The notes beneath the pieces were generated by a model. It worked only from the letters and a program-made list of their open reading frames with translations. It was not told the origin of the DNA and searched no databases. A stretch of DNA of 64,000 bases from Camelus dromedarius (lineage: Eukaryota). Below, one piece after another: positions 26,104 to 37,400 of this stretch. Positions within the stretch are counted from its first letter, which is position 1, and each line of letters begins with the position of its first letter. Location of the stretch: positions 2,728,001-2,792,000 of the forward strand of contig NC_087436.1 in assembly GCF_036321535.1 (NCBI RefSeq), read 5' to 3'. Both the position numbers and the translations under genes were made by a program.

Positions 26104-29100
26104 CTTATCTCTCATAACTGAGCATGTGGAGAGACGTTCGTTCATCTAGCACAAATGGAACGGGTTGCAGGAGAAACATTTTCTCTGGTTTCTCAGTCTG
26201 TTTCCTAGTGCCGATTTGGAGTTCCTGCAGTTTTCACTGTAAAACCGAGTTGGATCTAGTACATCCCCATATATATGTATGGATAGGAGTTTGCAACTGG
26301 AAAGAAACTATGTGTTCCCAACAAGTTAGGTGAAGGACGGCTTTCACACACACTTATCTTTCAGAACTGAGCATGTGGAGAGACGTTCGTTCATCTAGCA
26401 CAAAGGGAACGGTTTGCAGGGGAAACATTTACTCAGGTTTCTCAGTCTGTTTCCTAGTGCCGGTTTGAAGTTCCTGCAGTATTCACTGTAAAATCGAGTT
26501 GGAGCTAGTACATCCCCATATATATGTATGGAGTGGAGTTTGCAAGTGAATTGAAACTTTGAGTTCCCAACAAGCTAGGTGAAGTATGGCTTTCACACAC
26601 ACTTATCTCTCAGAACTGAGCATGTGGAGAGACGTTCGTTCAACTAGCACAAAGGGAACAGGTTGAAAGGAAATTTTTCTCTGGTTTCTCAATCTGTTTC
26701 CTGTTGCCGGTTAAAAGTTCCTGCAGTTTTCACTGTAAAACCGAGTTGGAGCTAGTACCTACCCATATATATGTATGGATTGGAGTTTGCAACTGAAAAG
26801 AATCTTTGTGTTCCCAACAAGCTAGGTGAAGGAAGGCTTTCACACACACTTATCTCTCAAAACTGAGCATGTGGAGAGAAGTTCGTTCATCTAGCACAAA
26901 GGGAACGGGTTGCAGGAGAAACTTTTACTCTGGTTTCTCAGTCTGTTTCCTAGTGCCGGTTGGAAGATACTGCAGTTTTCACTGTAAAACCGAGTTGGAG
27001 CTAGAAACTCCCCATATATATGTATGGAGTGGTGTTTGGAACTGATAAGAATCTTTGTGTTCCCAACAAGCTAGGTGAAGGACGGCTTTCACTCACACTT
27101 ATCTCTCATAACTGAGCATGTGGAGAGAAGTTCGTTCATCTAGCACAAATGGAACGGGTTGCAGGAGAAATTTTTTTTTCTCTGGTTTCTCAGTCTGTTT
27201 CCTACTGCCGATTTCGAGTTGCTGCAGTTTTCACTGTAAAACCGAGTTGGATCTAGTACATCCCCATATATATGTATGGATAGGAGTTTGCAACTGGAAA
27301 GAATCTATGTGTTCCCAACAAGCTAGGTGAAGGGCGGCTTTCACACACACTTATCTCTCAGAACTGAGCATGTGGAGAGAAGTTCGTTCATCTAGCACAA
27401 AGGGAACGGGTTGCAGGAGAAACTTTTCCTCTGGTTTCTCAGTCTGTTTCCTAGTGCCGGTTTGAAGTTCCTGCAATTTTCACTGTAAAACAGAGTTGGA
27501 GCTAGAACCTACCCATATATATGTATGGAGTGGAGTTTGCAACTGAAAAGAATTTTTGTGTTCCCAACAAGCTAGGTGAAGGAAGGCTTTCACACACACT
27601 TATCTCTCAGAACTGAGCATGTGGAGAGAAGTTCGTTCATCTAGCACAAAGGGAACGGGTTTCAGGAGAAACTTTTACTCTGGTTTCTCAGTCTGTTTCC
27701 TAGTGCCGGTATGAAGTTCCTGCATATTTCACTGTAAAAACAAGTTGGAGCTAGTACCTCCCCATATATATGTATGGGGTGGAGTTTGCAACTGAAAAGA
27801 ATCTTTGTGTTCCCAACAAGCAAGGTGAAGGACGGCTTTCACACACAATTTTCTCTCAGAACTGAGCATGTGGAGAGACGTTCGTTCAACTAGCACAAAG
27901 GGAACGGGTAGCAGGAGAAACTATTACTCTGGTTTCTCAGTCTGTTTCCCAGTGCCGGTTTGAAGTATCTGCAGTTTTCACTTTAAAACCGAGTTGGAGC
28001 TCGTACCTCCCCATATATATGTATGGAGTGGAGTTTGCAACTGAAAAGAAACTTTGTGTTCCCAACAAGCTAGGTGAAGGACGGCTTTCACACACACTTA
28101 TCTCTCAGAACTGAGCATGTGGTGAGACGTTCGTTCATCTAGCACAAAGGGAACGGGTTGCAGGAGAAACTTTTACTGATTTTTCTCAGTCTGTTTCCTA
28201 GTGCAGGTTTAGAAGTTCCTGCAGTTTTCACTGTAAAACCGAGTTGGAGCTAGTACCTCCCCTTATATATGTATGGAGTGGAATTTTCAACTGAAAAGAA
28301 ACTTTGTGTTCCCAACACCTAGGTGTAGGAAGGCTTTCACACACACTTATCTCTCAGAACTGAGCATGTGGAGAGACGTTCGTTCATCTAGCACAAAGGG
28401 AACGGGATGCAGGAGAAACTATTTCTCTGGTTTCTCAGTCTGTTTCCTAGTGCCGGTTTGAATTTCCTGCAATTTTCACTGTAAAACCGAGTTGGAGCTA
28501 GTACCTACCCATATATATGTATGGAGTTTAGTTTGCAACTGAAAAGAATCTTTGTGTTCCCAACAAGCTAGGTGAAAGACGGCTTTCACACACACTTATC
28601 TCTCAGAACTGAGGATGTGGAGAGAAGTTCGTTCATCTAGCACAAAGGGAACGGGTTGCAGGAGAAACTTTTACCCTGGTTTCTCAGTCTGTTTCCTAGT
28701 GCCGGTTTGAATTTCCTGCAGTTTTCACTGTAAAACCGGGTTGGAGCAAGAAAATCCCCATATATTTGTATGGAGTGTAGTTTTGAACTGAAAAGAAACT
28801 TTGTGTTCCCAACAAGCTAGGTGAAGGACGGCTTTCACACACACTTATCTCTCAGAACAGAGCATGTTGAGAGACGTTCGTTCATCTAGAACAAAGGGAA
28901 CGGGTTGGATTAGAATCTTTTACTCTGGTTTCTCAGTCTGTTTCCTAGTGCCGGTTTGAAGTTCCTCCAGTTTTCACTGTAAAACCTAGTTGGAGCTAGT
29001 ACCTCCCCATATATATGTATGGAGTGGAATTTTCTACTGAAAAGAAACTTTGTGTTCCCAACACCTAGGTGTAGGAAGGCTTTCACACACACTTATCTCT

Positions 29101-30336
29101 CAGAACTGAGCATGTGGAGAGACGTTCGTTCATGTAGCACAAAGGGAACGGGTTGCCAGAGAAAATTTTTCTCTGGTTTCTCAGTCTGTTTCCTAGTGCC
29201 GGTTTGAAATTCCTGCAATTTTCACTGTAAAATCGAGTTGGAGCTAGTACCTACCCATATATATGTACGGAGTGGAGTTTGCAACTGAAAAGAATCTTTG
29301 TGTTCCCAACAAGCTAGGTGAAGGACGGCTTTCACACACACTTATCTATCTGAACTGAGCATGTGGAGAGAAGTTCGTTCATCTAGCACAAAGGGAACGG
29401 GTTGCAGGAGAATCTTTTACTCTGGTTTCTCAGTCTGTTTCCTAGTGCCGGTTTGAAGTTCCTGCAGTTTTCACTGTAAAACCGAGTTGGAGCTAGTACC
29501 TCCCCATATATATGTATGGAGTTTGGTTTGCAACTGAAAAGAAACTTTGTGTTCCCAACAAGCTATTTAAAGTATGGCTTTCAAACACACTTATCTCTCA
29601 GAACTGAGCTTGTGGAGAGACGTTCGTTCATCTAGCACAAAGGGAACGGTTTGCAGGAGAATCTTTTACTCTGGTTTCTCAGTCTGTTTCCTAGTGCCGG
29701 TTTGAAGTTCCTGCAGTTTTCACTGTAAAACCGAGTTGGGGCTAGTACCTCTCCATACTTATGTATGGATTGGAGTTTGCAACTGAAAAGATACTTTGTG
29801 TTCTAAACAAGCTAGGTGAAGGACGTCTTTCACACACAATTATCTCTCAGATCTGAGCATGTTGAGAGACATTCGTTCATCTAGAACAAAGGGAACGGGT
29901 TGCATTAGAAACTTTTACTCTGGTTTCTCAGTCTTTTTCCTAGTGCCGGTTTGAAGTTCCTGCAATTTTCACTGTAAAACCGAGTTGGAGCTAGTACCTA
30001 CCCATATATATGTATGGAGTGGAGTTTGCAACTGAAAAGAATCTTTGTGTTCCGAACAAGCTAGGTGAAGGAAGGCTTTCACACACACTTATCTCTCAGA
30101 ACTGAGCATGTGGAGAGAAGTTCGTTCATCTAGCACAAATGGAACGGGTTGCAGTAGAAACTTTTACTCTGGTTTCTCAGTCTGTTTTCTAGTGCCGGTT
30201 GGAAGATCCTGCAGTTTTCACTGTAAAACCGAGTTGGAGCTAGAAACTCCCCATATATATGTATGGAGTGGTGTTTGGAACTGAAAAGAATCTTTGTGTT
30301 CCCAACAAGCTAGGTGAAGGACGGCTTTCACACACA

Positions 30337-32324
30337 CTTACCTCTCATAACTGAGCATGTGGAGAGACGTTCGTTCATCTAGCACAAATGGAACGGGTTG
30401 CAGGAGAAACATTTTCTCTGGTTTCTCAGTCTGTTTCCTAGTGCCGATTTGGAGTTCCTGCAGTTTTCACTGTAAAACCGAGTTGGATCTAGTACATCCC
30501 CATATATATGTATGGATAGGAGTTTGCAACTGGAAAGAAACTATGTGTTCCCAACAAGTTAGGTGAAGGACGGCTTTCACACACAATTATCTCTCAGAAC
30601 TGAGCATGTGGAGAGACGTTCGTTCATCTAGCACAAAGGGAACGGTTTGCAGGGGAAACATTTACTCAGGTTTCTCAGTCTGTTTCCTAGTGCCGGTTTG
30701 AAGTTCCTGCAGTATTCACTGTAAAATCGAGTTGGAGCTAGTACATACCCATATATATGTATGGAGTGGAGTTTGCAAGTGAATTGAAACTTTGAGTTCC
30801 CAACAAGCTAGGTGAAGTATGGCTTTCACACACACTTATCTCTCAGAACTGAGCATGTGGAGAGACGTTCGTTCAACTAGCACAAAGGGAACAGGTTGAA
30901 GGGAAATTTTTCTCTGGTTTCTCAATCTGTTTCCTGTTGCCGGTTAAAAGTTCCTGCAGTTTTCACTGTAAAACCGAGTTGGAGCTAGTACCTCCCCATA
31001 TAAATGTATGGAGTGGAGTTTGCAACTGAAAAGAAACTTTGTGTTCCCAACAAGCTATTTAAAGTAAGGCTTTCAAACACACTTATCTCTCAGAACTGAG
31101 CTTGTGGAGAGACGTTCGTTCATCTAGCACAAAGGGATAGGGTTGCAGGAGAAACTTTTTCTCTGGTTTCTCAGTCTGTTTCCTAGTGCCGGTTTGAAGA
31201 TCCTGCAGTTTTCACTGTAAAATCGAGTTGGGGCTAGTACCACCCCATATATATGTATGGAGTTGAATTTGCAACTGAAAAGGAACTTTGTGTTCCCAAC
31301 AAGCTAGGTGAAGGACGGCTTTCTCACACACTTATCTCTCAGAACTGAGCATGTTGAGAGACGTTCGTTCATCTAGAACAAAGGGAACGTGTTGCATTAG
31401 AAACTTTTACTCTGGTTTCTCAGTCTGTTTAGTAGTGCCGGTTTGAAGTTCCTGCAGTTTTCACTGTAAAACCGAGTTGGAGCTAGTACCTCCCATATAT
31501 ACGTATGGAGTGGAGTTTGCAACTGAAAAGAAACTTTGTGTTCCCAACAAGCTAGGCGAAGGACGGCTTTCACACACACATATCTCTCAGAACTGAGCAT
31601 GTAGAGAGACGTTCGTTCATCTAGCACAAAGTTAACAGGTTGCAGGAGCCACTTTTACTCATTTTTCTCAGTCTGTTTCCTAGTGCCGGTTTGAAGTTCC
31701 TGCAGTTTTCACTGTAAAACCGAGTTGGGGCTAGTACCTCCCCATACTTATGTATGGATTGGAGTTTGCAACTGAAAAGATACTTTGTGTTCTAAACAAG
31801 CTAGGTGAAGGACGTCTTTCACACACAATTATCTCTCAGAACTGAGCATGTTGAGAGACATTCGTTCATCTAGAACAAAGGGAACGGGTTGCATTAGAAA
31901 CTTTTACTCTGGTTTCTCAGTCTGTTTCCTAGTGCCGGTTTGAAGTTCCAGCAGTATTCACTGTAAAACCGAGTTGGAGCTAGTACCTACCCATATATAT
32001 GTATGGAGTGGAATTTGCAACTGAAAAGAAACTTTGTGTTCCCAACACATAGGTGAAGGAAGGCTTTCACACACACTTATCTCTCAGAACTGAGCATGTG
32101 GAGAGACGTTCGTTCATCTAGCACAAAGGGAACGGGTTGCAGGGGAAATTTTTTCTCTGGTTTCTCAGTCTGTTTTCTAGTGCCGGTTGGAAGATCCTGC
32201 AGTTTTCACTGTAAAACCGAGTTGGAGCTAGAAACTCCCCATATATATGTATGGAGTGGTGTTTGGAACTGAAAAGAATCTTTGTGTTCCCAACAAGCTA
32301 GGTGAAGGACGGCTTTCACACACA
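30337..32324. repeat. 8-monomer higher-order unit, type 2 (A-B-C-D-E-F-G-H/I), 1988 bp
   Basis: ORF pairs 30357/32345, 45025/47013 and 46065/48053 are all 1988 bp apart. A partial repeat (A-F) follows to ~33820. Confidence 0.85.
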
Positions 32325-34456
32325 CTTATCTCTCATAACTGAGCATGTGGAGAGACGTTCGTTCATCTAGCACAAATGGAACGGGTTGCAGGAGAAACAT
32401 TTTCTCTGGTTTCTCAGTCTGTTTCCTAGTGCCGATTTGGAGTTCCTGCAGTTTTCACTGTAAAACCGAGTTGGATCTAGTACATCCCCATATATATGTA
32501 TGGATAGGAGTTTGCAACTGGAAAGAAACTATGTGTTCCCAACAAGTTAGGTGAAGGACGGCTTTCACACACAATTATCTCTCAGAACTGAGCATGTGGA
32601 GAGACGTTCGTTCATCTAGCACAAAGGGAACGGTTTGCAGGGGAAACATTTACTCAGGTTTCTCAGTCTGTTTCCTAGTGCCGGTTTGAAGTTCCTGCAG
32701 TATTCACTGTAAAATCGAGTTGGAGCTAGTACATCCCCATATATATGTATGGAGTGGAGTTTGCAAGTGAATTGAAACTTTGAGTTCCCAACAAGCTAGG
32801 TGAAGTATGGCTTTCACACACACTTATCTCTCAGAACTGAGCATGTGGAGAGACGTTCGTTCAACTAGCACAAAGGGAACAGGTTGAAGGGAAATTTTTC
32901 TCTGGTTTCTCAATCTGTTTCCTGTTGCCGGTTAAAAGTTCCTGCAGTTTTCACTGTAAAACCGAGTTGGAGCTAGTACCTCCCCATATAAATGTATGGA
33001 GTGGAGTTTGCAGCTGAAAAGAAACTTTGTGTTCCCAACAAGCTATTTAAAGTAAGGCTTTCAAACACACTTATCTCTCAGAACTGAGCTTGTGGAGAGA
33101 CGTTCGTTCATCTAGCACAAAGGGATAGGGTTGCAGGAGAAACTTTTTCTCTGGTTTCTCAGTCTGTTTCCTAGTGCCGGTTTGAAGATCCTGCAGTTTT
33201 CACTGTAAAATCGAGTTGGGGCTAGTACCACCCCATATATATGTATGGAGTTGAATTTGCAACTGAAAAGGAACTTTGTGTTCCCAACAAGCTAGGTGAA
33301 GGACGGCTTTCTCACACACTTATCTCTCAGAACTGAGCATGTTGAGAGACGTTCGTTCATCTAGAACAAAGGGAACGTGTTGCATTAGAAACTTTTACTC
33401 TGGTTTCTCAGTCTGTTTAGTAGTGCCGGTTTGAAGTTCCTGCAGTTTTCACTGTAAAACCGAGTTGGAGCTAGTACCTCCTATATATACGTATGGAGTG
33501 GAGTTTGCAACTGAAAAGAAACTTTGTGTTCCCAACAAGCTAGGCGAAGGACGGCTTTCACACACACATATCTCTCAGAACTGAGCATGTAGAGAGACGT
33601 TCGTTCATCTAGCACAAAGTTAACAGGTTGCAGGAGCCACTTTTACTCATTTTTCTCAGTCTGTTTCCTAGTGCCGGTTTGAAGTTCCTGCAGTTTTCAC
33701 TGTAAAACCGAGTTGGGGCTAGTACCTCCCCATACATATATATGGATTGGAGTTTGCAACTGAAAAGAAACTTTGTGTTCTAAACAAGCTAGGTGAAGGA
33801 CGGCTTTCACACACAATTATCTCTCAGAACTGAGCATGTGGAGAGAAGTTCGTTCATCTAGCACAAAGGGAACGGGTTGCAGGAGAAACTTTTACTGATT
33901 TTTCTCAGTCTGTTTCCTAGTGCAGGTTTGAAGTTCCTGCAGTTTTCACTGTAAAACCGAGTTGGAGCTAGTACCTCCCCTTATATATGTATGGAGTGGA
34001 ATTTTCAACTGAAAAGAAACTTTGTGTTCCCAACACCTAGGTGTAGGAAGGCTTTCACACACACTTATCTCTCAGAACTGAGCATGTGGAGAGACGTTCG
34101 TTCATCTAGCACAAAGGGAACGGGATGCAGGAGAAACTATTTCTCTGGTTTCTCAGTCTGTTTCCTAGTGCCGGTTTGAATTTCCTGCAATTTTCACTGT
34201 AAAACCGAGTTGGAGCTTGTACCTACCCATATATATGTATGGAGTGGAGTTTGCAACTGAAAAGAATCTTTGTGTTCCCAACAAGCTAGGTGAAAGACGG
34301 CTTTCACACACACTTATCTCTCAGAACTGAGGATGTGGAGAGAAGTTCGTTCATCTAGCACAAAGGGAACGGGTTGCAGGAGAAACTTTTACCCTGGTTT
34401 CTCAGTCTGTTTCCTAGTGCCGGTTTGAATTTCCTGCAGTTTTCACTGTAAAACCG

Positions 34457-37400
34457 AGTTGGTGCTAGTACCTCCCCATATATATGTATGGATTGGAGTA
34501 TGCAACTGAAAGGAACTTTGTGTTCCCAAGGATCTAGGTGAAGGACGGCTTTCACACACACTTATCTCTCAGAACTGAGCATGTGGAGAGACTTTCGTTC
34601 ATCTAGCACAAAGGGAACGTGTTGCAGGAGAAAATTTTACTCTGTTTTCTCAGTCTCTTTCCTAGTGCCGGTTTGAAGTTCCTGCAGTTTTCACTGTAAA
34701 ACCGAGTTGGAGCAAGAAAATCCCCATATATATGTATGGAGTGGAGTTTGCAACTGAAAAGAATCTTTGTGTTCCCAACATGCTACGTGAAGGACGGCTT
34801 TCACACACACTTATCTCGCAGAACTGAGCATGTTGAGAGACGTTCGTTCATCTAGAACAAAGGGAACGGGTTGCATTAGAATCTTTTACTCTGGTTTCTC
34901 AGTCTGTTTCCTAGTGCCGGTTTGAAGTTCCTGCAGTTTTCACTGTAAAACCGAGTTGGAGCTAGTACCTCCCCATATATATGTATGGAGTGGAATTTTC
35001 AACTGAAAAGAAACTTTGTGTTCCCAACACCTAGGTGTAGGAAAGCTTACACACACACTTATCTCTCAGAACTGAGCATGTGGACAGACGTTCGTTCATC
35101 TAGCACAAAGGGAACGGGTTGCAGGGAAACTTTTTCTCTGGTTTCTCAGTCTGTTTCCTAGTGCCGGTTTGAAGTTCCTGCAATTTTCACTGTAAAACCG
35201 AGTTGGAGCTAGTACCTACCCATATATATGTATGGAGTGGAGTTTGCAACTGAAAAGAATCTTTGTGTTCCCAACAAGCTAGGTGAAGGACGGCTTTCAC
35301 ACACACTTATCTCTCAGAACTGAGCATGTGGAGAGAAGTTCATTCATCTAGCAAAAAGGGAACGGGTTGCAGGAGAAACTTTTACTCTGGTTTCTCAGTC
35401 TGTTTCCTAGTGCCGGTTTGAAGTTCCTGCAGTTTTCACTGTAAAACCGAGTTGGAGTAAGAAAATCCCCATATATATATATGGAGTGGAGTTTTGAACT
35501 GAAAAGAAACTTTGTGTTCCCAACAAGCTAGATGAAGGACGGCTTTCACACACACTTATCTCTCAGAACTGAGCATGTTGAGAGACGTTCGTTCACCTAG
35601 AACAAAGGGAACGGGTTGCATTAGAAACTTTTACTCTGGTTTCTCTGTCTCTTTCCTAGTGCCGGTTTGAATTTCTAGCAGATTTCACTGTAAAACCGAG
35701 TTGGAGCTAGTACCTCCCCATATATATGTATGGAGTGGAATTTTCAACTGAAAAGAAACTTTGTGTTCCCAACAACTAGGTGTAGGAAGGCTTTCACACA
35801 CACTTATCTCTCAGAACTGAGCATGTGGAGAGACGTTCGTTCATCTAGCACAAAGGGAACGGGTTGCAAGAGAAACTTATTCTCTGGTTTCTCAGTCTGT
35901 TTCCTAGTGCCGGTTTGAAGTTCCTGCAATTTTCACTGTAAAAACGAGTTGGAGCTAGTACCTACCCATATATATGTATGGAGTGGAGTTTGCAACTGAA
36001 AAGAATCTTTGTGTTCCCAACAAGCTAGGTGAAGGACGGCTTTCACACACATTTTTCTCTCAGAACTGAGCATGTTGATAGACGTTCGTTCACTTAGAAC
36101 AAAAGGAACGGGTGGCATTAGAAACTTTTACTCTGTTTTCTCAGTCTGTTTCCTAGTGCCGGATTGAAGTTCCTGCAGTTTTCACTGTAAAACCGAGTTG
36201 GAGCTAGTACCTCCCCATATATATGTATGGAGTGGAGTATGCAACTGAAAGGAACTTTGTGTTCCCAAGAAGCTAGGTGAAGGACGGCTTTCACACACAC
36301 TTATCTCTCAGAACTGAGCATGTGGAGAGACTTTCGTTCATCTAGCACAAAGGGAACGTGTTGCAGGAGAAAATTTTACTCTGTTTTCTCAGTCTCTTTC
36401 CTAGTGCCGGTTTGAAGTTCCTGCAGTTTTCACTGTAAAACCGAGTTGGAGCAAGAAAATCCCCATATATATGTATGGAGTGGAGTTTGCAACTGAAAAG
36501 AATCTTTGTGTTCCCAACATGCTACGTGAAGGACGGCTTTCACACACACTTATCTCTCAGAACTGAGCATGTGGACAGACGTTCGTTCATCTAGCACAAA
36601 GGGAACGGGTTGCAGGGAAACTTTTTCTCTGGTTTCTCAGTCTGTTTCCTAGTGCCGGTTTGAAGTTCCTGCAATTTTCACTGTAAAACAGAGTTGGAGC
36701 TAGTACCTACCCATATATAAGTATGGAGTGGAGTTTGCAACTGAAAAGAATCTTTGTGTTCCCAACAAGCTAGGTGAAGGACGGCTTTCACACACACTTA
36801 TCTCTCAGAACTGAGCATGTGGAGAGACTTTCGTTCATCAAGCACAAAGGGAACGTGTTGCAGGAGAAACTTTTACTCTGGTTTCTCATTCTGTTTCCTA
36901 GTGCCGGTTTGAAGTTCCTGCAGTTTTCACTGTAAAACCGAGTTGGAGTAAGAAAATCCCCATATATATATATGGAGTGGAGTTTTGAACTGAAAAGAAA
37001 CTTTGTGTTCCCAACAAGCTAGATGAAGGACGGCTTTCACACACACTTATCTCTCAGAACTGAGCATGTTGAGAGACGTTCGTTCACCTAGAACAAAGGG
37101 AACGGGTTGCATTAGAAACTTTTACTCTGGTTTCTCTGTCTCTTTCCTAGTGCCGGTTTGAATTTCCTGCAGTTATCACTGTAAAACCGAGTTGGAGCTA
37201 GTACCTCCCCATATATATGTATGGAGTGGAATTTTCAACTGAAAAGAATCTTTGTGTTCCCAACAACTAGGTGTAGGAAGGCTTTCACACACACTTATCT
37301 CTCAGAACTGAGCATGTGGAGAGACGTTCGTTCATCTAGCACAAAGGGAACGGGTTGCAAGGGAAACTTTTTCTCTGGTTTCTCAGTCTGTTTCCTAGTG

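Larger units (their letters stand above)
20011..34456. repeat. Copy 1 of a large tandem duplication (58 monomers, ~14.42 kb)
   Basis: Identical or near-identical ORF-track peptides recur at fixed offsets: 21310/35730, 22801/37221 and 23163/37583 (14,420); 26124/40793 and 27118/41787 (14,669); 28273/42941 through 33991/48659 (14,668). Confidence 0.93.
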
